64,000 nucleotides of DNA from the human T2T-CHM13v2.0 reference genome, Homo sapiens: contig CP068257.2 in NCBI GenBank assembly GCA_009914755.4, positions 25,184,001 to 25,248,000 on the forward strand. The letters run 5' to 3'. Both the position numbers and the translations under genes were made by a program. Shown here one piece after another: positions 1 to 15,636 of this stretch (position 1 is the first letter of the stretch; each line of letters starts with the position of its first letter). The notes beneath the pieces were generated by a model. That model did no database searches, was not told the DNA's origin, and worked only from the letters and a program-made list of their open reading frames with translations.

Positions 1-317
1 CTACCTGTTTTGGGAACAATTTAAATAACAACAGAAACTATTTACAGTGTCTTTAAACCACTGGTGAGAAAGTCTTCACACTTAAGGAAAACCACACTAA
101 TTAGGGTTTTCCCACCTTTTAAAAAACCACATTTTTTGATGATTAGAAAAATGATATAGTGTGGTTTTTTTGAAGAAAACATGGAAAATTCATGAAGGTA
201 CAAAGAAGAAAACAAAAATAGCTAGTTAGGTTACTTTTGTATATATGTATTGTTGTGCGTGTGTGTGCACACAACTTGGCAGCACAACACGGCTTAATAC
301 CTAAGAGTATAGAAGGC

Positions 318-803
318 GTATGCTCTTGAGGTTGGGTTCTTGTCTTGGTCCATTTACTGTTGCTATAACAGAATATGTGAGCCTGGGCAGCTTATAAAGA
401 AAAGTTTATTTGGCTTGCGGTTCTGCAGGCTGTACAAGAAGCAGGGCACTGGCGTTCGCTTGGCTTCTGGTGAGGGCTTTCATGCTGCGTCAAAATATGG
501 AAGAGAAGGTCTAAGCGGAAGTGGGCAAGTGTGAAAGGAAACCAAAGCCAGGGGATGAGGGATGTCTGTCCGAGCTTTACAGCAACCCACTCTGGAGGGA
601 ACTAATCCATTCCCAAGAGAACAAATGCCATTGCTACAGAGTGAGAACTCATTCAGTATGGTTAGATGGCATCCAGACATTCAGAGGGTTCTGGCTCCCT
701 GATCCAAACACCCCCCACTGGGCCCTACCTCCCACCACAGCCATGCTGGGGGATTAAATTTTAACATGAGATTTGGTGTGGACAAACAAACCATATCCAA
801 ACC
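318..803 (+). repeat. MaLR-type LTR-derived repeat (MLT1-like; exact subfamily not resolved).
   Basis: ...tactgttgctataacagaatatgtgagcctgggcagcttataaagaaaagtttatttggcttgcggttctgcaggctgtacaagaagc...ccactgggccctacctcccaccacagccatgctgggggattaaattttaacatgagatttggtgtggacaaac. Same family as 47921-48432. Confidence 0.6.
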
Positions 804-985
804 TCAGCGGCAAATGACCCATGCTCTACCTCTTGCTAACTGCCCTACCTAAACCAAGCAGTTCAACCTCCCTTTGCCTCTTTCCTTATCTATAAGATAG
901 AAATTATAATAATGAAGCTTTTTTAGGATTAAGTGAGTTGATTTATATAAAACACATTGTAAATTTCAAAGAATGTTGATTATCA

Positions 986-1272
986 GCTGGGCATGGTGAC
1001 TCACACGTGTAATCCCAGCACTCTGGGAGGCCGAGGCTGGTAGATCACTTGAGGTCAGGATTCAAGACCAGACTGGCCAACATGGTGAAACCCCATCTCT
1101 ACTAAAAATAGAAAAATGAGCTGGGCATGGTGGTGCATGCTTGTAAGCCCAGCTACTCCCAGGAGAGTCACTGGAACCCTGGAGGCAGAGGTTGCAGTGA
1201 GCCGAGATCGTATCACTGCACTCCAGCCTGGGTGACACAGTGAGACTCCATCTCAATTAAAAAAAAAAAAAA
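986..1272 (+). mobile_element. Alu (full length, plus orientation) with a target-site duplication of about 15 bp, aagaatgttgattat(c).
   Basis: agctgggcatggtgactcacacgtgtaatcccagcactctgggaggccgaggc...gcactccagcctgggtgacacagtgagactccatctc plus A-run. The flanking repeat aagaatgttgatta lies on both sides. Confidence 0.9.
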
Positions 1273-2783
1273 GAATGTTGATTACCATCATTACTATCTG
1301 AGATTCAACTTTTCTTATGTCAATAAATACAGTATACCTCTTTGCTGGCTACATTCAGAGTTATGTAACATTCATATATAAATCTTTGTGAAACCTTCAG
1401 ATTATTTAGCATAGATTCCTAGGAGTAGAAATATCTATATCCAATAATTTGAGTTTTTTGAGGGTTACTTATTAAATAAAAGTCATATCTCACAGGCATA
1501 GTTTTAGGAGTTTGGGGAATGGTGAGCAAAACAGACCCAGAGCTAGAAGAGGATATGGTTTCTATGAAAAGTGACAATGGAGAATGTACAGAGTACTTTG
1601 AGAGTGCAATCTAGCCTGGGGGGGATTTAAGATAAAGTGACATTGACTTTAAGATCTAAAGAATGATTAGGGATTAATTAAATGGCCATTTGGAAGCAGG
1701 AGGTGAAATCAATGGCCAGCAAGAAAGTCTTGAAACAAGTTTGGGAGAAACCTCAAAGGAAGCCAGAAGGGAGGAAGAGAGCTTCTGGATGAAGAGGAAC
1801 AGTTGGGCAAGATCCTACAAGTCTGGTAATCTGTCTGCAGATTTTGGCTTTATCCTCTACATAGTCAGAGAAGGGTTTGAACAAAAGAATGACATCCATT
1901 CTTAGGGTGATGCTTACACTAAAAGCCCAGACTTCACCACTATGCAATATATCCATGAAGCAAAACTGCACTAGTACCCCTTATATTTATATTTTTTAAA
2001 AAAATGACATTCGTTTGTATTACCAAAAATGAAACAAAGAACACTCTGGTTGTATGTATTGGAAGGAGCACTGTAAAGGAATGTGGCCTTCCCCTTAAGA
2101 GGCCTAGTGGTGGGAGAGATGGCAGCTGGGACTAGGGTGATGGTGATGAGGAGGCAGAGGCATGGAGATGGTGAAAAGACTTTGATGCAGTAGCAGAACC
2201 TGCCTATGGGCCACATGTAGAATAAGAGTGGGGAGAAGTAACTTCTAGCTCTCTGCTTCTGCAGCATACTGAGAAGAGAAGTGTAGAGGAAGCAGATCTG
2301 TTAAGCTGGAACTACAGGTTGAATTTAACTTTAAATGTATGAACTTTGAGGTTGAAAATTATGATTGCAACTTCAAGAAAGAGTGTTGTGATTTACATCT
2401 GCACCAGCAGGATTTGAGGGGGCTTTCACACAATCATACCAATTTTTGATATTATTGTAATTTTTACTAACATTATTTTTAAACTTTGCCTATTTGGAAC
2501 CTGAATTTTAATCTTGTTTAAAAACATGCACTCTGATTTCTAGTAGTCTGAGCATTTTTTTCTGAACTTTAGGTACATGTAGATTTTTTTCAATTGTCTG
2601 TTCAGGTCCTTTGACAATGTCTTGAGTACTTATTTTTATCTATTTGTATGAATTTTTTCTACATAACAGATCACAACCCCATACCTTTTGTATTTAATGA
2701 AATACTTTTTTCTTATTTTTTAAAGAATTCTCTTGAAACATGGAGGTATAGAGCTTTTAAGCCAATCAAATCATTCCATGTAT

Positions 2784-2834
2784 CTGTGTGTGTGTGTATT
2801 GTGTATATATGTGTGTGTTTGTGTCTTGGTTGTG
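2784..2834. repeat. (GT)n-rich microsatellite.
   Basis: tatctgtgtgtgtgtgtattgtgtatatatgtgtgtgtttgtgtcttggttgtgt. Confidence 0.9.
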
Positions 2835-3387
2835 TAATCACATTCATTGTTTCTGTGTTCACATATACTCTCCCATCCAGGGAGCAGACAAATATATCCT
2901 TATATTTACTAATACTTCTTAAGGTTTTTGTGATGGTGGACTTTCTGTGTCAACTTGACTGGGCCCTGGAGTATCTAGATATTTGGTTAAACATTTTTCT
3001 GGCTGTTTCTGTCAGGGTGCATTTGCATGAGAATAACTTTTGAATTGGTAGACTGAGTAAAGCGGGTTGGCTTCCCCAGTATGGATGGGTCTCATCTGAT
3101 TTGTTGAGGATCTGAATAGAACACAAAAACTGAGTAAGGGAGAATTTTCTCTCTCTGCCCAATTGCCTTTGAGCTGGGACATGGATCTTCTTCCAGTATC
3201 AGACCTAGACAGAACCATACCATCAGCTCTTCTTCTTTTTGTTTTTTAAGAGATTGCTTCTTGTGAATACCATTCACAGATGCCAACCATCAGATATAGA
3301 TGTTTGATTAGCCTAGTCTTCTGGGACTCCAGCTCACTGACTACAGTTCTTGTAATTTCTCAGCCTCCTTAATCGTGTGATTAAGGA

Positions 3388-3440
3388 TGGATAGATAGAG
3401 AGATCTAGATAGATCTAGATAGATAGATAGATAGATAGAG
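3388..3440. repeat. (GATA)n microsatellite with (TAGATC) interruptions. A second imperfect GATA/TATC tract lies at 3641-3730.
   Basis: ggatagatagagagatctagatagatctagatagatagatagatagatagag; then at 3641: tatatagatagagagacatagataaatctatatagttaggtagatagatagatatctatat. Confidence 0.9.
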
Positions 3441-3480
3441 ATTTACTACAAGATTTATTTATTGTAAGACAGATATATTC

Positions 3481-3650
3481 CCACCCAAACAGAAACAAAC
3501 AAACAAAAAACCCAGAAGAACTATACAAATCTTTGGAGTCATCTAGCATAGTTTTTTTCTTTTCCTTTCATATCACATTCATCTGCAAGTCTCATTGTCT
3601 TGAGCTGTAGAATTTGACCTCTTTTATAACTTCTACAGCTATATAGATAG
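3481..3650 (+). repeat. Segment of about 165 bp duplicated at 5197-5360 (direct, about 85% identity), embedded in GATA-repeat-rich DNA.
   Basis: cccacccaaacagaaacaaacaaacaaaaaacccagaagaactatacaaatctttggagtcatctagcatagtttttttcttttcctttcatatcacattcatctgcaagtctcattgtcttgagctgtagaatttgacctcttttataacttctacagctata versus ccccacccaaaacaaaaacaaaaacaaaaaaacagaagaacaatacagatctttggagtcatccatgatggttttttcttttcccttcacatctacaaatctgcacatctcattgtcttgagctgtagaagttgacctcttttatttcttctatagctatca. Confidence 0.8.
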
Positions 3651-6600
3651 AGAGACATAGATAAATCTATATAGTTAGGTAGATAGATAGATATCTATAT
3701 AAATTGATAGTTATAGAGATAGATATCGTATTGGTTCTGTTTCTTTGGAGAACCTTGACTACTACAGTTTTCATTTAAATGCTTTAACTATGTATCTAGA
3801 ATTTAAGCTGATGAATAGTCCAAAAGAAGCCTCAGAATTTACTTATTTTTCCCAAATATTTTTCAGGGCTATGTTTTGAATGGTCCTTTTCTGCTCACAG
3901 ATTTATGTTTCTAACTATTATCTAGTAATAATTTGTGGTTAAAGTTACTAAGATTTGTTTCTGGGCTATTTTTTTCATCCAACGTTATGTTTATCAATAA
4001 TTCTACAACTACCATTTTGTTTTCTAATTGCAAGTTTAGGGTGAATTTACAAATCAAGTCAAACAAGTCTCTTGTATTATACCATGTTTTTCAGTTATGT
4101 TTCTCTCTGTTTTTCATTATCAAATTTATTTCTTCAGATGAACTTCAGAATCATGTTATCAAGTTCCAAAGATTTGAGTCATTAGCCAACACTTGAAATT
4201 TCATTAAATCTACTCATTATTTTAGGACAAAATAAACAGGTTATGATTTGGAGTCAATCTCAAAGAAATTTGTACGTCTTTTGCTTTATTTAAGTCTTCG
4301 TTTTATGTTTTTGTAAAGATTGGCTTTTTTTTTCTTACATATTTGATCTGTCCTTAGCTAGAGAGAGATGTTAAAAATAAATAGAACAGTGCTTTCCTAT
4401 TGATTATCCTTTGTAATTTTTTTAAAAGTTTTAAATTTATAGATAGTTGTTTTATTATCCAGGACACATATTTTATTGTGACTTGTACTTTTAATTCACA
4501 AAACTATTATTCTTTATTTTATTTTTTGTGTTTCCATCTTAAAAATAATTTGGCTGAAATCAATTCTGTTCCTATTTTCTCTGTGTTTGCCTAATAAATC
4601 TTTGCACTTCTTTGACAAAAATGTCATTTTGATTTAGATAGTTTCCTTTTACTTATCATGTCCTTGGATTTTATTTTTAAGCACATCCTGAAGATATTTG
4701 TCTTTTAATAGAAGAGTTTAAACAATGTGTTTCCATAATAATGTAATTGGAACTCCGTCATCTTATTTTGTGTTTTTACTTTGCTTTCCATTCTTTACTT
4801 TATGGGTTTCATGTGAGTTCTCTTTCCATGAAAAGACTTTTGTGTGTGTTTGTTTTCAAGAAATATCATTCATCTATAGTTATCTAATTACCAAACTCAA
4901 GAATAAAATTATATTCTTTGTTAACTCCCAATATAATTTGAGCAAATTCTTTTATAATTTTGTAAATATGACATATGGTTTTGTACTGGAATTATTTTTA
5001 TTAAAATATCTCACATTATATATCCTCTTTTTTAACAACTATCTTTACATTTCCAGATCATTTTGAAACCATATTCTCTGCAGTTTATATTTTGCTATAG
5101 GTGTAACTGGTTTCAATAATACTAGAAATCTTGTATTTTAATTTCTGTTGATCTCTAGGTAGAACACAGCACACATATAAGTTGCACAAAATATCTCCCC
5201 ACCCAAAACAAAAACAAAAACAAAAAAACAGAAGAACAATACAGATCTTTGGAGTCATCCATGATGGTTTTTTCTTTTCCCTTCACATCTACAAATCTGC
5301 ACATCTCATTGTCTTGAGCTGTAGAAGTTGACCTCTTTTATTTCTTCTATAGCTATCACCCTAGCTCAGCCCACCATTGCTGTTTATTGCAATTATGGCA
5401 ATGGTCTTCTATTGGGTCCTCTTCTACAATGGCTTCCAGTTAAAATGTTAGGTAAGCATGTCTCTCCTGTGCTCAGTTCCTTTCGCTCCCCATCTTACTC
5501 TGAGCAAAATGCAAACATACTGCCTACTTTAGTGGAACATGCTCTCTGCCCTCCACCAACCTCCTATCCTCATTGCTCCAGCCACATTGGCCTCTTGCTG
5601 TCCTCTCCATTGCTCCAGCCACATTGGCTTCTTGCTGTCCTCTCCAAGAAGTGAAGCATACTTCCACCTGTAGTGGCCACCCCTCTATTATAATATCCCT
5701 CTGAGAGCTATCCCCTTCCATCTCTCTGGTTTCCACCCACATATCTCCTTATTTAAGAAAACTTTCTGTATTATTCTTCATAAAGTTTCACTCCTCACCT
5801 CCTTCACACCCCAATAAGTAATTGTTTTGTACTTCTCTTAAGAGCAGCAGAACATAAGACAATAGTAATCCTAAATAAAAAGAAACTACCCTAGCTAACA
5901 AAACATGCTAAATTTCAAAAAAAAAAAACTGTACTTTTAGAAACCTACCCTTACATAAAGGCAATATGGCTGCTAGAAGGGGCTGTAAAGAAAAATTCAG
6001 GTTTCTGAATTATGGAGACAAGAACACATTGAACAAAGGCCATATAAAGAATTTCCAAGACTGTTTGTGACCAGATGGAGACAAGTGGGGTGAGTGGGCA
6101 TTGCGTATGGTTCTGAATTCCTCTGTGACTTGCTGTGTTCATGAGTTACTATATTTTATGTTCTGCTGTTCCTATGAGAAAGCATAATTTACTTCGTTGA
6201 GAAAACACGTAGATGAACCAAAACATCTTCCATCTTTAATGACATCACTCACTTTCTGCCAATGTCATATGAGTTCACCCATGTCACAGAAATATGTGCA
6301 TGGCAGAACAGACTACATTTCCCTACTATGATATCTTTGCTTAATTTCCTTGATAGTCCCAGCACACGCAATCTTAATATTAATAAGTATTTTTTTCTTT
6401 TGGGAAATCAATGAGGTTAGAAAATTATGGCTGCTGTATATTGTTCCTCTTTCGTTAATATCTGTAGTGGACTCTTCTAGAAGACAAATGAAACAAAGAG
6501 CTGGGAACTATTTTTGCCAATCGTAGATGAAATCTCTGATCCGAAAATTGTGCTTGGATTTTTTTTTCTTTTTTTCTAAGATGGTGAACTGGATGCATTG

Positions 6601-9082
6601 TTAGCATGCCTCTCCCACTTGAAAAGACAAAATACTGTGTAGAAATTCATGCTGTGAACGTTTTTCCAAGAAACAGCATAGGAAATTAATCAAAAAACTG
6701 AAAGAAACCACAGACCTATTTCAAAGAAGTGGTGAGCAGCAGCTTACGCCGTGAACCACACAAAAACCTGTGAGTGTCCAGAGCGTGAGAGGGAGAGACT
6801 GCATTTATGACACACACTCTCACTGAGGAGCCAGGCAATCCAGGCCACGCTGGGAGGCCTTCACTCTATCCAGCGCTGGAGCTGACTTACTGCTGTGGGG
6901 AGCATATGAGGAATGGCGTGCGGATCTGCTTTGTGTTCACTCGCAGAATCCAGTGGTGATGGAAGGAAATCATGCCTGATCCTACCTCACGGAGGACCTC
7001 GCAGAAGTCTGCCAGCTAATTGAGTTAATGGTCATGGGATGAGAGATGCTCCCAACAGATGTGCGGTATAATTTTGAGTGGGAATGAACCCCATTGGCCA
7101 GAATTGAGAGTCAAGTGGGAACTGTGCTATAGCCACAGGCACAGAAGCTGGATGCCCACGCTTTGCTGGAGGACCAGAAGAGGTGTGGCCTGAAAGCCGG
7201 AGTTTCTCTCTCAGCCCAGAATGCTTCTGGCCTGGGGCAGTTTGGAATTCTGAGTGCAGGCTGTCTGGAACCCAGCTAGCTGCTGCTAGTAGAACACTGT
7301 GGATGCGAGACCTGCCTTGCCAAGTGTGTGGGGGCTGAGTGGGACTTACTGCCACCTGCTACCCCCGACTCCCCATGTGGATTCATTTGTACAGCAGAGG
7401 CAGCTATACTCCTCCCTGTAACATTACCCCAGCAGGCAGGGAGTTGCCCTCTGATCACCACTGGGGCTGCTGCTTGTACTCACAAGTGGGGAGCCAAACA
7501 GCAAACTTGCCTGACCCAGTCCCCACCTGGCTTTGCCCCTTCATCTGCCCTGGTAGTGTGATACAATGGACAGAGACTCCTGGGAGCTCCATGGCCCTGC
7601 ACATTGCCTGAAATACCAGAGTACGCCACTCCCTTCCCCCCGACTCCCCTACCCATGGTAACATAAGGCAAGCACGAATCCCAAAACTACCAACACAGTT
7701 GGCATTCTTTTGCAAGTGCCACCTCCTGGCTGGAGGCCAAGTGGCACAGCCCATTACAACATCTGCAGGTACAATAACACAGTGCCCAGGAAGGAGAAAA
7801 CTTGCACAACCTCAACTATCACCATTGCCTACATCACCCTGGCTAGCCAGTAGATCTTGAGTCTGTCCATGTGCCCAGTACATGACCACCACAGCCGTAT
7901 TTGAGAAGGCCAACACACTAAGGCTATTTATAACCACGGAAATCTCACAGGGTCTACGTCACTCCCTTCCCACCCACAACTGAGCTGGTACTGATATCCA
8001 CTGCTGGGGGACCAGACAGATCACATCACTGGATCCCTTGCAAACATTCACCAGCACCAGCATGGAGTATGGAAACCTCACTGGGGATGAGACCCAGAGG
8101 AGCAGCAGTATTCACGGTAGTCTGGCCCTCAGGGACCGCTACTCTTAGGGGTGTGGGAGTGCATCACATTAAAGGAGCATCGTATGGGACAAAGGAAACC
8201 AGACTGCAGGCCTTGAGTCCCTGATCTTTCCACTGTGGAAAGTTTCTTTCAGCAGAGGCACAGCTCATCATTTATACCTGTAACAGGAGAGAGCACAAAA
8301 TCTCTCCTTCTTTCAAGCAAGCGGTTAATCAATCTTCTAAAACCAGGATGTGTGTTTTGAGCTAATCTCTGCCAGCAGAGTATCTTAAACTACTCAGCCT
8401 ACTGATGAAAAAAAAATTTCACCAGCAGAGGGCTGAAAAACAATGTGGCAACACCAGAAAGTTGTCTGACATTGCCTTGATCTGAGAGGATGATAGGAAA
8501 TTTTTTGGCTGATTTGATCTCTTAGTGTCCTGAAGTTTAGTGTCATTACTTACATCAAATCAATCTAAGCTATTAAAAAGAAAAGAATTCTGGTGAATGA
8601 GGCAAGATCTAAAAGTGACTTTTTAATCTTATGAGCTATCATTTTAGATTTATATATCTCATTTTCTCAAATGGCATGTATAGTTAATGAGGGTCAGGGC
8701 ATTTCTCATGTATATCCTCCATGTCACTTACTGTGGGGATTTGTACTGCACTAATGTAGACAAATAATTTATTGTGAGAGGTTGTTGTTGCAAGTGGCAA
8801 GTTAGGCCACTGAATTGAATGATTAAATTCTGCGTTTAAATGAGTTCTGGAGGAGCAAGACTAGTTCCCACAATGTGAGAAGATGACTTTAACTTTCAGT
8901 CCTTTAGTCTAGTAGGTAGGAAAAAAAAATAACCAGAAATTAATTTGATTCTCTGCACCTGTACACCTGACTGCTGAGAATGATATGTTCAATTGCTCAG
9001 GGGAAGAACACTTTGAATAACTGAGAGTAAGTTAGAAATTATCACCTATACATAAAAACTAGCATGCTATATTGTAATACCT

Positions 9083-9450
9083 GTGATATGGTTTGGCTGT
9101 GTCCCCACCAAATCTCATCTTGAATTGTAGTTCCCATAATTCCTGTGTGTTGTGGGATGCAGTGGGAGGTAAATGCATCATGGGGGCGGGTCTTTTCTGT
9201 GCTGTTGTTGTGATAGTGGATAAGTCTCATCAGATCTGATGGCTTTATAAAGAGGAGTTCCCCTGCACAGGCTCTCTCTCTTTGCCAGCCGCATCCACGC
9301 AAGACATGACTTGCTCCATCTTGCCTTCCGCCATGACTGTGAGGCCTCCCTAGCCATGTGGAACTGTGAGTCCACTAAACCTCTTTTTTTTCCCAGTCTT
9401 GGGTGTGTCTTTATCAAACTGCAACAGAAGAGGGCACAAACTCCTCCTTT
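9083..9450 (+). repeat. MaLR solo LTR of THE1/MST type.
   Basis: Begins tgatatggtttggctgtgtccccaccaaatctcatcttgaattgtagttcccataattcc..gtgggaggtaa.tgcatcatgggggcgggtctttt..gtgatagtggataagtctcatcagatctgatggctttataaag. This matches the THE1/MST consensus as I recall it. Confidence 0.75.
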
Positions 9451-10374
9451 CAAGGAAAAGAAGAAAAACGTAGAGTTCAAAATGTCTGTGGTTAACCACA
9501 TAATCTGAGTCTTCTAGTAAATACTATTTCCTGGGAGAAGTGTAGTTACTTTGGAAGGAATCTGAACTTTTAGTTATTGATATGCCACTTAGTATTTAAA
9601 AGACAGTGATTTACAAAAAGACTATGCAGAAAGGCCTGGGCTTTCCAAGTTTTCTCCAAAACCCCTCAGGTATTCCTGATGAGCAAGTGAAGCATTTAGA
9701 GGGTTTAACTCACCATGTATGTCTAACGTTACTACATGTAATTTATGAGTCATTGTTTTCTACTCAATAGCTAAATACTTTCACGTATTTTTACTTATGG
9801 GATATAATTGAGGAAGAGATACAAATTCAAAAAGCATCCAGAACTGAAAGCTCTTTCCATTTAATTTATGGTATATACCAGGTTGGCAAACTGAATCTGC
9901 AGAACAAATCTGACCCATTATTTGTTTTTGCAAGTAGTTTTTTTAGAACACAGCCATGTCCATTCACTTACTCATTCTTTATGGCTAGTTTTGTGCTACA
10001 ACAGCACAGTTGAGCAGTTGTGACATAGATGGTATTGACAGGATAGTTATTGACAGGATTGACAAAGTTGCAAATATTTACCATTTGGCTTTTTACAAAA
10101 GAAGTTTGCCAACCACTGATGTATATTATTAGATACATTAGTAACAAATGACATCATAAATTTCTTTCTTTTTAGCAATCATGTATACCAAGGATATAAG
10201 AAATACATCTCATTAGAAAAAAATCTTCTATTCAGCCCTCTTGCTTCACCTTCCTCTAGAACAAAATCTTATTGCCAAATAATTTAAGAAAATAATTCGG
10301 TCTTCAGATTCAATATTTGTGCCTCAGGTTTCCTTCCTAGGAATGAATTCCCACTTCAAAAAACAGACACACAC

Positions 10375-11667
10375 ATTCCAAAAGTGTTCTTTTATTTCTA
10401 GTAACATATATTGTATAAATACTCTATTTTATATGCACTTCCACAAAAGCGATATAATTTAAAAGTTTTTTTCATTAGAAATAAATGTATAAAAATAAAT
10501 ATGTTATTATAGGCATTTATTACTAACTATAGTCCTTCTTGGAAGGAACACCCAAACCAATACTTATAAAGTACATGTAATTTATAGTAACATATTTTAC
10601 TATATACATATGGAAAAAATCATATTCTCACAGAAGAGCTGAACAGACATTCACCAGGATACGACTGTTGGACCAGCTGCTGGAGATGGACCTGCTACCC
10701 CTCAGCAGCCTCCCCACCACAAGACAAGTGATCTCAATGTCCCCAAACCTGTGGGACCCTGTTCTACACACCTCATTTTTGTTCCGGCGTTTCATCCTCC
10801 TTGTGTGATTGTACTGATTTTCATGAGACACAAGTTACTTCTTTACATCCATATTCCCAAAGCAGGGTTACATGGTAGGAAAGAAAGGAAGTTGGAGGTA
10901 CTAAGCTCATTGTGTCTCCTCTAGCTTTTACCAGCATCTAATGCTTCACTGCTTTTTTTCCATTGTAGACTTTAATGCACTTGAATAAATACATGGAGTT
11001 GTTTTTTCCTCAAAATGAATTACACAAATAAAGACTGAGATGGTCCAAAAAAGGAAAGAGGAAGCCATTTGCGTTATTTCACGTTGCTGAGCCTTTCTCT
11101 CATGTTGAACAATCTGAAGTTTTAATTCTCGGTAGAAATAATGTATAAACATTCTCTGAAACCATAGCAGCCATAAACAGTGCTGGTCAAAGATCCTATT
11201 TGTACTCCTTTCTCCCCCCATTGTTAGTGAGGTAAAGTAAAACAGGTCTTAGTAAAATCTCACTTTTCTCCTACTTTTCATTTCCCAACCCCCATGATAC
11301 TAAGTATTTGATAAGTACCAGGAAACAGGGGTTGTAATAGTTCTAACTTTTTTTGACAATTGCTTTGTTTTTTCTAAACTTGTAATAGATGTAACAAAAG
11401 AAATAATAATAATAATGCCCGGGGCTTTATTATGCTATATCACTGCTCAGAGGTTAATAATCCTCACTAACTATCCTATCAAATTTGCAACTGGCAGTTT
11501 ACTCTGATGATTCAACTCCTTTTCTATCTACCCCCATAATCCCACCTTACTGATACACCTCACTGGTTACTGGCAAGATACGCTGGATCCCTCCAGCCTT
11601 CTTGCTTTCCCTGCACCAGCCCTTCCTCACTTTGCCTTGCCCTCAAAGCTAACACCACTTAAACCAC
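10375..11667 (-). other. ADAMTS1: ADAMTS1 3' UTR (approximate), AU-rich and about 1.3 kb.
   Basis: From the stop at 11668 down to the predicted cleavage site after AATAAA (plus-strand tttatt at 10391-10396). Several AUUUA pentamers in mRNA sense (plus-strand taaat near 10987, 10470 and 10490). Confidence 0.55.
10391..10396 (-). terminator. ADAMTS1: Candidate ADAMTS1 poly(A) signal AATAAA with a downstream CA and a GU-rich element (mRNA 3' end processing, not a transcription terminator).
   Basis: Minus-strand sense reads gttactagAAATAAAagaacacttttggaatgtgtgtgtctgtttttt: hexamer, CA about 10 nt downstream, then a (GU)n/U-rich tract. A second tttatt at 10515-10520 is an alternative. Confidence 0.45.
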
Positions 11668-12408
<741 letters not shown>

Positions 12409-12527
12409 CTAATTAGATTATTTAGCCTAAAAACACATTAATCTTTTATGAGACATATTTTTTTCCCAGACCTGTTGAAAGGCCCATTTAAATTATAAGG
12501 TCTGCAAATAGGTGTTTTAAAACTTAC

Positions 12528-12703
12528 TTTGCACTAGTAACTGATCCTGATATTTTTTTACAAGTAGATCCATTTCCCCCGCAAACACCACATTTATCAA
12601 ACTTCTTTTTGGAGTCTATGATGCGATCACAACCAGCTTTTACACACTGTCCTTGCACACAGACAGAGGTGGAATCTGGGCTACATGGAGTACCATCTAC
12701 AAC
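12528..12703 (-). CDS. ADAMTS1: ADAMTS1 coding exon 8 (Cys-rich/spacer): [59 protein letters not shown].
   Basis: Acceptor is ttttttcAG followed by GTTGTAGATGGT. Donor is GCAAA followed by gtaagtt (phase 2). The split codon AA+A gives K and joins to PGYHD in exon 9. Confidence 0.88.
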
Positions 12704-13648
12704 CTGAAAAAAGGACACATGTCTAGTGTTACATACAAGCAAAGGAAGGAGATGCTGCAATGATAAGTGTAAACATTTTCTCTCTACTTTCCTGACCATG
12801 CTAATTAAACACAGTACCCTCTACACATTATGCATTTCATGCATTTACCCTTCACTTTGGCATGTTTTTCAGTACTACGTATAGACATCTGAAGAAATTA
12901 GATATTTTTAAAAATTATTTATCTATTGACCTATGTCTCCTCCAGCTAAGGTCAATGAAAGTAGAGCTGTTTGTCACTTTGTTTACTGCTGTATCTTCAG
13001 AGCCTAGAATAATTAGTATCTGGCAAGAGTAAGTGCTTCAGAAATCACTTGCTGAATATTGAATCTGCAACTTGGGAATATTTTCATAGCCTATGGTGCT
13101 AATGACACACGATCATCTCAATCACATTAAATTCCATTTTCTGTCTCAGATCCAGATGTATTCCCTTAGCAAAACAGCAAAAGAAATGATGCTTTTCCTA
13201 GTTCAATATGTGTTTTCAAACATAAAAATAATCAATACTCAGACTACCACTTCTATTATTCTGTTTGCACCTGCTACTGCTAGTTACCCAGTAACAAGTA
13301 TTTTGGACCATGCATAGACTATTTTCCAAAACTACTGGTTACTGTGTGAATATAAAATGTATCTAACTATGAGCTGTATGTGAAGCCTAGTCGCACAGAG
13401 GAGCGCTTGACTGTCCAAAAAGCTTTTCTTTGCATATAAAAGAGTAATAGCGAGCAATTGCAAGCATGTGAAGTGTTAGATTTAAGCTTCATTCATAACT
13501 GAAAACACTAAACTCAAAGCAGGCAGTTGCCAATTAATGTAAAAGAAAAGGAGTTCAAATTTGAAATTGAAGATATGTTAATATGGAAAGCAAAGAAAGT
13601 ATAACAAAAATTGTTTGAAAAGGTAGCAAGCCCAGGCCTTGATTTTTA

Positions 13649-14150
<502 letters not shown>

Positions 14151-14319
14151 CTAAATGGAGACATAAATCATCAGCATTAGAATTATCTAAAGAGAACTTT
14201 TAGGGTATCAAAGAAAGCCACATGGGACAAAGAATCAGTTCTAAAAATAAGCTATCTCGCATTCCTGCTAGAGGACACGGATGGGGATGTTTAACTTGGT
14301 ATCATATCTTTTACCATCA

Positions 14320-14820
<501 letters not shown>

Positions 14821-15030
14821 TTATCCTCAATGGGGTATTTCTATATTAACAATGACAGGAAGTTATTGATCTGCGAACAATGTGAATGAATGGGCTTTGG
14901 GAGCTACTCAACCGGAAGCACTATTTTTTATTTGGAATTAAGATCTCAACAGTTAGGATCTTGACAGAGGAAAAGTAATTTTGAAGTGGGGAAAATAAAA
15001 AGAACAAAAAGGAAAGAGTTCATTTAACTA

Positions 15031-15636
<606 letters not shown>

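Noticed and set aside
6600-8500. Possible old L1 5'UTR-like or other repeat in the moderately GC-rich block downstream of ADAMTS1.
   Set aside because: I could not match it confidently to any consensus from memory. It is left unannotated rather than guessed.
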